A stretch of 64,000 bases of DNA from a virus, in the IMG/VR virus record IMGVR_UViG_3300043398_000057; one strand, written 5' to 3'. Under the pieces are notes generated by a model. That model searched no databases and was not told where the DNA came from. It was given only the letters and a program-made list of their open reading frames with translations. Positions within the stretch are counted from its first letter, which is position 1. The number at the start of each line of letters is the position of its first letter. Of this stretch, positions 32,925 through 43,101 are shown piece by piece. The position numbers and the translations under genes are program-made.

Positions 32925-33175
32925 CATTTGTATTCAGTGCAAGTCGTTAATTTGCACCCGTCATTAAGACTGCTCATAGTCACCTATGAGATTAGACTAT
33001 CTCACCATCTTCCATGGAAGATGCCCACCACTTCGAGCCACTTGACCCTACGGATAAATCCTAGTCGTTACACTTTTCCGGTTTCCCGGACTTAGCACGG
33101 TATTGTCTCAGTGAGAGTTTCACCGTTTTCGATGGGTTATTCGATCAGTGTCACCACTGAAAGCCTCTACATTCA
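32925..33175 (-). ncRNA. ORF-less group I intron (IA-like), 251 nt
   Basis: Removal restores KVAGNSL|YGA. Exon ends in U paired U.G in P1 (ccUU|u with agagg) and intron ends in G. Core elements aaaacggtgaaactc, aataccgtgctaag, tgtaacgactag, gagatagtcta (P7 gacta/tagtc). Confidence 0.9.
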
Positions 33176-33292
33176 AAGGGAATTGCCAGCAACCTTGAAA
33201 GAACTTTGCCGAGTGTCATACTCTGCAATTTTCTTATCACAGAACTTCAACTTTTCCAACAGTTCGTCATTACTCAATTTGCTTAAATCCAT
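33176..33292 (-). CDS. gp43: DNA polymerase gp43B, exon 1 (39 codons)
   Basis: AAGGA RBS. MDLSKLSNDELLEKLKFCDKKIAEYDTRQSSFKVAGNSL is the second fingers helix and the start of motif B. Confidence 0.85.
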
Positions 33293-34356
33293 ATACATTC
33301 CTTTATTGTTTGCATGTTCTCAATTATAGCAGACTTTGGGTAAAATTTGAAACCATAATCGGCCATCGTTTTCCCTACATGATCAACCAAGAATGGAATA
33401 GCTTGAACTCTTCTTTTTGTTATTCTCATATCGAGTTTTCTCAGAATGTTCTAATCGACTCTTTTGACACCAATAAATTTTGCGAATCTTGTAGTATTGG
33501 CAAACGCATAAGTTTTACCATTGTAAGGGAATGTCCAAACGCCGGAAAAATTTTGTGTAGCCGAATACTCGGTGTATTCTCTTCTTGTAGTACCATCAAA
33601 AATATCAACGTATATCGGTTCATTGAAATTGTTGTTTTTGTATATTCTACCCGGAACCAAATTATCTGGTTGTGTACCTTTGTAATATCTAAAATTTTTC
33701 AAAGTTTCTGGACAGTGAAACCAATTTTTGTGACCGTTCATTATTCCTTTAAGTTTGATATTTCCTTGAAAGAAACCTTCCGGTACTATTTCCGAATCAG
33801 AGAAATATCTAACAACGCCATATCTATTACTATGAGCGGTCTTACCGGATAGTGATTTTGATTGTCTCTTTTTGAATTCATTACTTCTTCTATTTCCCAT
33901 ATTTGCCGGAACTAACTCACCTGTTGAGATTCTAGGATCATCTTTGAATACAAGAAAAGAATCGCCAGATAGGTTCTTTACTGTAACTTTTCCAACCATT
34001 TCTTTCTTGAGTAATTGTCTATGCTATTCAGCATCGTAACCATATAATTCAATTTCTTTCCAGCAATTTTCATCAACGCTTTTCCTCAAAATCTATTTCA
34101 CCGAATTGAGCATGAGTAAAGATTTTGTTATTTTGTATAGAAGTAAATGCGCTTTAGCATGATTGATTAAAGATAGCTTCGCGCAGTTCCAAGGATAATC
34201 GGAGAAACTTCTATATTCCGGGAAGATACTTTTTGGAAGTATGTGGTGCATATCCACAAATTCAGAACTTTCTTCCTTACTACAAAGTGCTAGATATTCA
34301 TCTATTAGATCGTTTTCACCAAACTTTGAAACTAGAGTTTTCTTCTAATCTATCAT
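33283..34356 (-). mobile_element. Free-standing HNH homing endonuclease (Mob-like), TAG at 34345, 34093, 34024, 33451
   Basis: One 358-codon AT-rich frame with HHILPKS.FPEY...WN...L....H..AH.LL. ATGA-coupled to gp43A and overlapping the gp43B start. Confidence 0.85.
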
Positions 34357-35909
34357 ACAGTAACACCGCGCTTTTTAAGTTCATTTTTGATTTGAGTCTT
34401 CAAATCCTTGTACTTGAGCATTTCCTTCTTTGCAACTTTACGACCATCGAAAACCTTTTCAGTTTCTCGCGCAATGAATCCAAGTTCATCTTTTCTAAAC
34501 ATTGCACCGTTTGCCAACATGGCGTAATTCATTGACTTGAGGTATTCGCCCAAACCAGAGATGCCTTGTTTCAGAACCAATTCAACGTTGATTTTTGTGT
34601 TTTCATCAACCGGTCCATAACCATTGGCGATAGCCCATTCATTGAAATGTGCAGCTTTGAACATTCCAACAAAGGTTTCGGTTGAAAGGTTTGATGCCAT
34701 CATGATAGATGGATACTCGGATGTTGCATCAACCGAACAAGCCCACTTGTAAAGGCCCGGCTTAGGCGTCATCACATAACCACCTTCATATGGGTATGAT
34801 GGACCCTTTTCACCATCAATACAGACAAGTTTCTTATCGAAGAACAGTGTCGAAACCAGAAGGTTTTCCCAATACCGAACAGGGCTGAAAACATCCTCAA
34901 GATTTGACCGCATCACTTGAGCAAGGGTGAATGCCAAGTTGATAAGATTCAGCTTATCATCGATTTCCACACAACGAATAACGTCAATACGGTTGTACTT
35001 TACAAAGTGAGTGTCCCATGCTTTTTGATAGTTGTCGCGAAATGATGCGTATGGCATTTCCAGCTTACCAACACCCAGCACCACAGTTGAAATATGGTCG
35101 AGCTTGTAGGTTTCCTCTTTCTTGAGGACGAACTTCTTATAGAGTTCCATCAGGTCAAGACCGGCGATACCGTAAATGTCAAAATAGATGTTGGTTTCTT
35201 CTTCATCCCATTCAGACTTTTCCTCACGCTGGCGTACAACCCCAAATGGCGACAATTCATTAACAAATTCTTCACCAAGGATTTTGGAGATACGAACACA
35301 GAGATATGGAATATCGAACAACCGGCAACGCCATCCGGAATAGATATCAAGATTCAGAGTCTTCCAGTAGCGAATGAATTCGCGAAGCATGATATCTTCG
35401 CTTGTGTAATACTCGTAGTCAAACTCTTCATTACCGTAGTATGGACGACACGAAAACGTTTTCACCCGTTTGAAATTCTTGTCATAGATGGTGATCAACG
35501 TGATCATCTCAGCGGCAATCTTAGGTTCAGGGAACCCGGTCGAATACTCACCGACAGTCGTTTCAATGTCGATAAACCCGATTTTCAGGTCTTCGAAGTC
35601 ACCCGAATAGTTTTGAGGGAAGTTTCGGTTGATGAAGTCTTGCGCGGAATTCTTAACACCATAGAACTTCAGGTTCTCAACATTCCCATGAGATTCCTAG
35701 AACTTGTACTGATGGTTCGTGCTATCGAATTCGACGGGCACCAAGGGTTCACCCTTCATGGTCTTGAACTCAGACTTTTCATCACCACCACGCCGGTACA
35801 GAACAGGCTTTAGCTTTTGCTTGGTCTTGAATGGCTTACCGTCTTTGTAGCCACGAATGAGAATGTCACCCTTGTAAGTGTTCCAATATGTTGGATACAT
35901 GCTTGTCAT
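34353..35909 (-). CDS. gp43: DNA polymerase gp43A (exonuclease + motif A), TAG at 35697-35699
   Basis: FIDIET, FDIPYL, YKLD.I, YNRIDV, YEGGYV, motif A DATSEYPS. Ends with TGA after the first fingers helix (..IKNELKKRG). Confidence 0.92.
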
Positions 35910-35955
35910 CAAAATCCTTTCATCACTGTCAGTCAATGGTGCAGTGTACCATAGA

Positions 35956-35976
35956 AAATGGCCCCGAAGGGCCATT
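35956..35976 (-). terminator. Hairpin of the cassette family with U-tail
   Basis: aatggccc-ttcg-gggccatttt on the - strand. Confidence 0.6.
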
Positions 35977-36070
35977 GTTCACACGCAAACCTTGATGATT
36001 TCGACTATGAACGGTGCAGCAAACATTGCACCAATAGCGATAGCACCGAGAATTTCTTTCATGATTTCTT

Positions 36071-36475
36071 TCAGAGTTGTTGTTCAGTTGGTTCAGTGTA
36101 CACCAAGTCGAAGTGTTCCGCAAGTTCTTTCATACCGGTTTCAAACAATTCCTTGTTATGAACCTTTGGGTTCAGTTTGCCTGTATCGTTCATACCATCA
36201 TGAACAAATTGCAACCTTTCGAGAAAATCGATTTGTTCAAAATCGAAAAACAGTAAAAATGTCGGGTCGGTTTTGCCAATATGTGAAATTGAAGAGTCAT
36301 CTTTAATGTCCCACAAATTTGCGGTTTCATCATCGATGCAGTGCCCAACGACACACTTCAAACCGCCATCACCACGGTATGCACAAATATCAATCTTTTC
36401 AGACTTCACATAGTTCTGTGCACGGATTCCGAACAGTGCCTTGTCAAAGATTTCTTGATTGGTCAGTTTAGTCAT
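36071..36475 (-). CDS. Hypothetical early protein, family A copy 2
   Basis: MTKLTNQEIFDKALFGIRAQ...CAYRGDGGLKCVVGHCIDDETA...LVYTEP. Confidence 0.75.
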   Translation of the reverse strand: MTKLTNQEIFDKALFGIRAQNYVKSEKIDICAYRGDGGLKCVVGHCIDDETANLWDIKDDSSISHIGKTDPTFLLFFDFEQIDFLERLQFVHDGMNDTGKLNPKVHNKELFETGMKELAEHFDLVYTEPTEQQL

Positions 36476-36491
36476 GTTGTCACGATCACTC

Positions 36492-36908
36492 TCAAAGTTG
36501 TTGAACGGGTTCAGTGTACACCAAATTGAATTCGTATGCAAGTTCGCTCATACGTTCTTCGAAGAGTTTACCGTTTTTCTCCAAAGGATCAAAAAATTCG
36601 TCATTGCTATGGCGCATATTATCGTGAATATGTTGAATTTTTCCCAGAAAATCAACCTGGGATTCCGAGAAATACTTCTTGAAAGATTCTGGAATTTCCT
36701 GGGAAACATATTCAATTGAAGTGTCAGATTCCAACAAATCCCACTTGTTAGCGGTTTCATCATCGATGCAATGACCCACAGCACATTTCAAATCATCACC
36801 ACCACGGTATGAACAGCCACCTTCAAATTTCCCGGATTGTTTGTAACCTTGTGCACGGATTCCGAACAGTGCCTTATCAAAGATTTCTTGATTTGTAAGT
36901 TGAGTCAT
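36492..36908 (-). CDS. Hypothetical early protein, family A copy 3
   Basis: MTQLTNQEIFDKALFGIRAQGY...CSYRG...KCAVGHCIDDETA...LVYTEP. Confidence 0.75.
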   Translation of the reverse strand: MTQLTNQEIFDKALFGIRAQGYKQSGKFEGGCSYRGGDDLKCAVGHCIDDETANKWDLLESDTSIEYVSQEIPESFKKYFSESQVDFLGKIQHIHDNMRHSNDEFFDPLEKNGKLFEERMSELAYEFNLVYTEPVQQL

Positions 36909-37946
36909 GCTGTCCCTTTATTCAAAAGTGATTTTGACAACGACACCGAGATTTTTCAATTCTGATGCCGCATACTTCAAGCGTTCTAGGTTCAGCTTGA
37001 TATCATCATTGCGCTTCTTTTCAGCAATAGCGTGAAGTGCAGCGTCTTCAGACTTCTTAATCAGGTAGTCAATGTCTGAAATTTGATGAGATTGTTGCTG
37101 CACCGGTTCGGGGATTTCGGGTTCGATGTAGCAATCAACCCGGGGAAGCATGATGTTGTAATCACTGTCAAGGATTGTATCACCAACCACAGGATTTACC
37201 GGGACAATGAAGGTGACAACAACATGATGAACCTTACTGTCAGTTTCCAAACTTTTCATCGACCATGTGAGTGCATCACTATCTTCATACTTTGGGTTTT
37301 CCCAACCATTTGCAAGAAAGTATGTTGTATTCCTATAATCATCAGAATAGATGACATAAGAATTTTGTGGGATTTCGGGGGTATTTCGCCAATTTTCGCT
37401 GGTGATTTGAATCACTGCGATAGTTGCATCTTTATAACATTCGGTTTCATCAATGATGCTAAGAATCATACCTTTACTGATATGCGATTTTTCGGGATGA
37501 ACAATTGTTTGTTCAATGTCTTGGTAGAACAGTTTGCAAATCATGATGTGTCCTTTATTGGAAAATGCGGGCGATTTCAACGGTTTCGCCGCACGAAAAT
37601 TGTGTATCGGTGAAACGATTATGCGAGATTGTGTTGGCGGCAGGTTCGATCATGAAAACTTTGAGAACATCAATACCAACTTGGATGAAAACGAACTTTC
37701 GACCATCATATTCAAAATGTTTACCAATACCAGCGACAACATATTTGTCAGGGTTATTCAATTTGTTGACGAAAGAATTCATGTTGTCCTTCAGGTATTG
37801 CGGGAAAGTGAGTGAAGTAATTGTTTTGCTGTATTCGTCAAATGCCATATCAATCAACTTCATATGGTATTCAGTGAATTGCGGTTCAACGAGATTACTG
37901 GTGTTGCTCATAATGTTCACTTGAAAGTTGTGTTGCTATGGAATGA

Positions 37947-38000
37947 ATTATGGCCCTTCGGGGCCATCTTGTCAATCACAAAGTTGTAACAGTTTGTAAC
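37947..38000 (-). promoter_or_regulatory. Early promoter-stem-loop cassette
   Basis: GTTACAAACTGTTACAAC, TTGACA-17 (hairpin)-CATAAT. Confidence 0.8.
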
Positions 38001-38360
38001 TCAGACCACGTTAAAGAACTTGGTCACGGTCACTTCGCGCGGTTCAACAAGATACATGTCATCATAGTAAGAACCAGAATACGATGCATACGAACCATTG
38101 AACTTGATGTGAACCGTTACACCATTGCGGGTGAACTTGTACACTGACCAGTATTCTTCACCTTGACCTTCACCACCATAGTTGTCAACGTATTCATAAC
38201 TGATCGTGCCAGTAGTGGTATCGAGCCAACCATCTCTACCAGCTTCAGATTGAAACATTTGCGCTCGATAGCTATCGTAGCAACCATCTTCAGGTTCATT
38301 ATCCCGAAGATAGTCGTAAAGGAAATCGAACAAAATAGTTTGTTCATTTGTTGCTGCCAT
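38001..38360 (-). CDS. Conserved phage hypothetical protein
   Basis: VD.YGGEGQG.EYW.V.KF...G.Y.SY.GS motif. Confidence 0.65.
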   Translation of the reverse strand: MAATNEQTILFDFLYDYLRDNEPEDGCYDSYRAQMFQSEAGRDGWLDTTTGTISYEYVDNYGGEGQGEEYWSVYKFTRNGVTVHIKFNGSYASYSGSYYDDMYLVEPREVTVTKFFNVV

Positions 38361-38385
38361 AAGTGTTTCTCCTATAAAGGTTGCA

Positions 38386-39213
38386 TCAAGCAACGGTTTG
38401 TAAAATTTTCTGAACTTTTGTGAACTTTTCATAGTCCACCGACTTCATGATTTCATCAAAGTTGTCGATTGCGTAATCTCTGAAAAAACCACTGGTGAGT
38501 GTGGTGCAAATCTTACACATCGCTTTGTAGAAAGCAAGGCGTTCATTATACACCCAATCTTTCGGAACCATGAATCTTTCGGTTGCGATAACGTAAGCCT
38601 CTTCCTTGATGCACATCAACTTTTCTTCATGGGAAAATTCTTCCCACTTCTGTTTGTGGCAAAACACCGAATCAATCGACTTGTCTTGCATACGCTCATA
38701 CAGCGGTCGATCTTGATGTGCGAAAAGTTCATGAAGGTAATCGTGATCATACTTCTTAATCACATAGTCATCAAAGAATTCGTCTTTCGTCTTCTTCAGA
38801 CTGATCTTGTGTTGAGGAAACTCCTTTTCCGTGTACTCGATTCGTTCTTTCAGAAGGTGATCGTACAGCCACCGGTTCTTGTATTGGTCATGGTATCGTT
38901 TCAACCACCGGGTGTACATGGTGATATGTTTGTCAAATGACAAATCCCGCCAGAGATGGCTTCGCTTGATCAGCGCAAGAAATTCCGGCCTAGCAACCTC
39001 AACCATGTGACCATGATAGTTCACAAACTCACCAGAACCACCGAAGTTCAAAATGGCTTGATTGTTAAGGGTTTCAGTCGGGTGCCACTCATAAAGTTTG
39101 TCAGAGACTTCATATTCTTCATGACTGATGATATCCCAATCAGTTGTTTCCTTGATTTTGAATTCAGGATGCCAGTAGTTCAGTGCGCGGGAACCAATCA
39201 GAAGTGTTTTCAT
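38386..39213 (-). CDS. Nucleotidyltransferase-fold phage protein
   Basis: LIGSRAL.......D.DI, K.SH, FF.D.V.K.YDHD.LH, EE.YV.A.ER, ICT.LTSG.FR motifs. Confidence 0.65.
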   Translation of the reverse strand: MKTLLIGSRALNYWHPEFKIKETTDWDIISHEEYEVSDKLYEWHPTETLNNQAILNFGGSGEFVNYHGHMVEVARPEFLALIKRSHLWRDLSFDKHITMYTRWLKRYHDQYKNRWLYDHLLKERIEYTEKEFPQHKISLKKTKDEFFDDYVIKKYDHDYLHELFAHQDRPLYERMQDKSIDSVFCHKQKWEEFSHEEKLMCIKEEAYVIATERFMVPKDWVYNERLAFYKAMCKICTTLTSGFFRDYAIDNFDEIMKSVDYEKFTKVQKILQTVA

Positions 39214-39537
39214 TGCTTGTCCTCATTTTCCATTTCTTTAATCAGTTGATTGATCAAAATTTCCGCAAGACGTTCACGTTCAGCAAGTTCCTCAACAGAC
39301 ATACCTCGAACCGCGTAACCGGGTGTAGGGCTGAAAAACTTGTTGGCGACAGAGAATTGCTTGGTTGATCCAGAAGGAATGTGTTCGGGCGCATCAAGAC
39401 AACCGGTGAACGCAGTTGCACAGAGTTCGGAACTTGTGTTCAAAGAGTGCAGATACACAGCATCAATCTTTGCCCAAACGTTGTCGCGATCACGGTAAAA
39501 GTTTTGCATGGTTGTCTCGAAATGTGCGTTGAAATGA

Positions 39538-39566
39538 ATTATGGCCCTTCGGGGCCATGTTGTCAA
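39538..39566 (-). promoter_or_regulatory. Early promoter-stem-loop cassette
   Basis: TTGACA-17 (hairpin)-CATAAT. Confidence 0.8.
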
Positions 39567-39882
39567 GCAACTTTTTCAATGTCGAAACATTTTCCGTACA
39601 TCCTTTCAAGGTGTTGTTGGGTTTCGTAGAACATCCCTTGATCAACAACCACACCATCTTCATCAATACATTCAACTTTGATCCACTCCATCGGACCAAG
39701 TTTGCGAACCCGAAAAACGCAAGACACTCCATAGAGAATGTCGCTTGTGCGATAAACCTTTGAATCGATGTTTGAAACAAAGATGCCTTCAACGAACTCA
39801 CCATTCAAAACCTTTTCAAAAGTTTGCGGTGTTGCGTAATGTTTCATGATGTTCACTTGAAAGTTGTGTTGCGATGGAATGA

Positions 39883-39911
39883 ATTATGGCCCCGAAGGGC
39901 CATGTTGTCAA
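39883..39911 (-). promoter_or_regulatory. Early promoter-stem-loop cassette
   Basis: TTGACA-17 (hairpin)-CATAAT with the shared leader. Confidence 0.8.
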
Positions 39912-40924
39912 GCGATTTATTGCGTGACTTCTATTTCTGGATTGAATTGCGTGACTTTTGTTTCTTCGATCAAACGGATGAAATTTTCCCCGAAGTATTG
40001 TTTCGCACCTTCATGCGTGTACAAACCAGACGAAACGTAACATTTGTTACCTGATCGAAACATAACTTGATAGTAGTCAGTTCCTTGGGATTCTGGCTTG
40101 ATTCGAAGTTTCAAATTTGGCCAACTAAACACATGCAAACTGGTGATCGTATGCCATTTTTGAGAACTATCACAGAAATACTGAACCTCCTTACCATCCA
40201 ACGCACAAAGAATGAATTCCTTATACTCATGGACAGCATTTTCAGGTTTCGAGAAAAGCCTCTTCATGAAACGTGGATCGGGACCAATCAGTTTATACGC
40301 CGGAATCATACGACGAACTTCATTTTCCCGGCACCATTCATTTGTCAACTCATATCTGGTACCAAGAAGAAAAACGTAACGGGCATACGTTTCTTCGACC
40401 TTCGAAGACTTATATTGATCACTCGAATAGTCAAAATTCGGTGCATGAGGCAGAACCTTACCGTTCAGAAGAATTCGGTAACCATCGACATAATCAATGA
40501 TCAAATCCTTGTAACCCGCATACTTTTCAGAAAACTCCGACATGTTTACTCCCAAACGTTGATAGTCTTGGTGATACGTTGGACAATCTTGGTTCCATAG
40601 AAGTAAGCACCACCATACGAACTGTAACCATACCTCACCTTGATGAACGTGGTTGTGCCGGTTTCAGTGTTGCGAACTTCATAAATCAGGAATTCATCAT
40701 GATTGTCATTGTCATCATGTTCTTCCCGTTGTGACGAATCCAAAAGAGTTGCCTCGAACTTATAAAAGCTGATTGATGGTGTTTGCAATTTACAAACCTT
40801 GTCACCAATCTTATAGAAATTGATCCAATCAATTTCTTCATTGATCGGTGTGAGAAGATGTTTGTTGAACTCTTCACGAATGTTTTCAGCATCGGTTGCG
40901 TAATTATATGACATGATGTTTCCT

Positions 40925-41311
40925 TTATTCGGTTGTTTCAGGTTCGGATGCAGTGTACACCAAACCAAACATTTGTGCAATGTGTTTCATGTAAGTTTCG
41001 AAGTCTTCAACGCTATCTCGCAAAATGCAGTCATGAGCAGTCTGCAAAAATCCTAACAGGTTGATTTGATATGGTTCGAAATGTTTCTTGAAATTGTTGA
41101 AGTCTACCATGTAAATGTAGTCAAGACCATTTTTACCTTTGAAAAATTCGTCCCACAAAATCGCAGTTTCATCATCAATGCAATGTCCAACTGCACACTT
41201 GGTACCGTTTTCACCACGGTATGCGCAACCAAAGTCGCTAACTGATCGTTGGTAACCTTGACCACGAATGCCGAACAGTGCCTTGTCAAAGATTTCTTGA
41301 TTGGTGAACAT
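40925..41311 (-). CDS. Hypothetical early protein, family A copy 4
   Basis: MFTNQEIFDKALFGIRGQGY...CAYRG...KCAVGHCIDDETA. Confidence 0.75.
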   Translation of the reverse strand: MFTNQEIFDKALFGIRGQGYQRSVSDFGCAYRGENGTKCAVGHCIDDETAILWDEFFKGKNGLDYIYMVDFNNFKKHFEPYQINLLGFLQTAHDCILRDSVEDFETYMKHIAQMFGLVYTASEPETTE

Positions 41312-41616
41312 TACAGTTCAACCTTTTCTTCGGCAACAGTGTCGCTATCAGGAAAAACCTTCATGTACAGTTCAACAACTTCCTTGGTTTGTTCAACTGT
41401 CTGTTGCAGGTTCGACTTGTGGTAAGACACAGCGGCCTTACGCAAATGCTTCTTACTGATCTTGTGCTTTTCGGCAACGTTGTTGATGGCTTCCTTGATG
41501 AAGTCTCGTTCAGACTCAATTCGAGTCATGGATGCGGAAATTTCAAAGATGCAATCCTTGACTGCCTTCAGTGCAATAGGATCGTTAGGGATAATGGACA
41601 CATCGTTTTTACTCAT
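41311..41616 (-). CDS. DsbA-like dsDNA-binding protein
   Basis: EIS.S..RIE.ERD.IKE......K..I.KK...K.A..YHK.N pattern of T4-like DsbA. Confidence 0.65.
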   Translation of the reverse strand: MSKNDVSIIPNDPIALKAVKDCIFEISASMTRIESERDFIKEAINNVAEKHKISKKHLRKAAVSYHKSNLQQTVEQTKEVVELYMKVFPDSDTVAEEKVEL

Positions 41617-42519
41617 TTGTTTCCTTTCAGTCAATACTTGTGCCGTCAGCAGGCACTTCAATGAAACGATTCACCGTACCACGAGTGAAATTGATCCCAA
41701 CCACGGGATACCCCATTGGCGATTTCGCAACGCATCGAACAGTGTAGAATTCTCCGTCAACACTAGTGATCAGACAATTATTGCAAAGAGTTGCAATTTC
41801 CTTCTTCTTCATTTCTTTGAAATTGATCGGTTCAAGTTTGACCTTACATCCAATCCATGACAAACCGTTCCCACACTTAGATTTGGTCCCAACAACTTCA
41901 TAAATGACGCCGGGCTCAAGTTGATCAATACGCAATTTTTCGGACATGGGTTTCCTCAGATGAAAAAGTTGAAAACAGCGGCACCCACAACCAACACCAG
42001 AACTACCCAACCAACACGAACAGCGATCTTGCCTTCGGTGGAACTATAGTGTTCGATTGCGTTATGGTAACCCTCAGACACGGGGAATGCTTCTTGCAGA
42101 GAACGAGAATACATTTGGGCCTTGTATTCGCGACGGTTGTATTCATTCATGATGTAGCTCCAAATGTGTAGTAAACAAAGTCACCGATTTGTTGACGATG
42201 GAAAGAGTTTAACCCAAGAATCTCAACAAAGCAATACTCAGCCAAAGAAATTCTCTCTTTGTTGTAGTAAAGCGTCATTTCGGGTCTGAAGTCTCTTAGA
42301 CCTTCCAGAAGATTTGTGAAAAAGTTGATGGTGTGATGGTTCTTCAGTTCTAGATAAACCGTGGTGGAATCAGAACAGAATTCAACATGGCAACAACTGA
42401 TCCCACCCGGAATACCAACAATCTTTTGAACCGCCAGCTTGATGGATTCTGAAGTTGTCTGACCATCAAAAGTTGAACTCCCGGTTTTCAGACAATCCTC
42501 AAGAATCCTCAAAATCAGT

Positions 42520-43101
42520 TCAGAGACCATCTTGGTACGACCTTCCACCATGGTGCTTCATGATTTCGCGGGTTTCCATGATCTTCAGAATTTCTTCTTC
42601 CGAAAAAGGAATCATCAGCTTGTCAGAACGGGCATCAACACCAACGTCCATGATTCGGTACTTGCTCTGTCCCAAACCGCCATGACAATGCCCGTGAAGC
42701 ATGATGGCACCATAGCTACATTGGTTCCATTCCATCATGGGGAAGTGAGACATGACAACCTTTGTCTTATTTTCATCATTCAGGCGGATTTCCTTGTACG
42801 ACGAAACTGACCGGAAATGCCGGTGCAGATGATCGTTCTTGTGGAACAGACGGTCATGGTTGCCCAAAATGATGTGCTTGTTAGGGCACTTGATTTTGCG
42901 AATCAGTTGCTGAGTTCGGTCATAGTTGCCGAATGAGAAGTCACCAAGAATGTAAAGTTCGTCGGAACGACCGACAGTTTCATTCAGGTTATGAACCCAA
43001 ATTTCGGTCATTTCTTCTTCGTCTTGACCATCGCGGGTGTCGGCGCAAAAATTCATCACACCTTTATGGAATGCATGAATGTCGCTTGTGAAGTAACGCA
43101 T
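42520..43101 (-). CDS. Calcineurin-like phosphoesterase
   Basis: FTSD.H.FH, LGDF, GNHD, SHFP, HGH.H, DVGVD motifs. Confidence 0.85.
   Translation of the reverse strand: MRYFTSDIHAFHKGVMNFCADTRDGQDEEEMTEIWVHNLNETVGRSDELYILGDFSFGNYDRTQQLIRKIKCPNKHIILGNHDRLFHKNDHLHRHFRSVSSYKEIRLNDENKTKVVMSHFPMMEWNQCSYGAIMLHGHCHGGLGQSKYRIMDVGVDARSDKLMIPFSEEEILKIMETREIMKHHGGRSYQDGL

Noticed and set aside
32925-32927. ATG start of a stand-alone 324-aa polymerase fragment (MYGA...)
   Set aside because: The ATG is the 3' end of the group I intron; motif B residues lie in exon 1 at 33176-33292.
16781-39911. Dispersed repeats as a CRISPR array
   Set aside because: Copies are kilobases apart, contain -35/-10 boxes and precede genes; no spacer periodicity and no cas genes.
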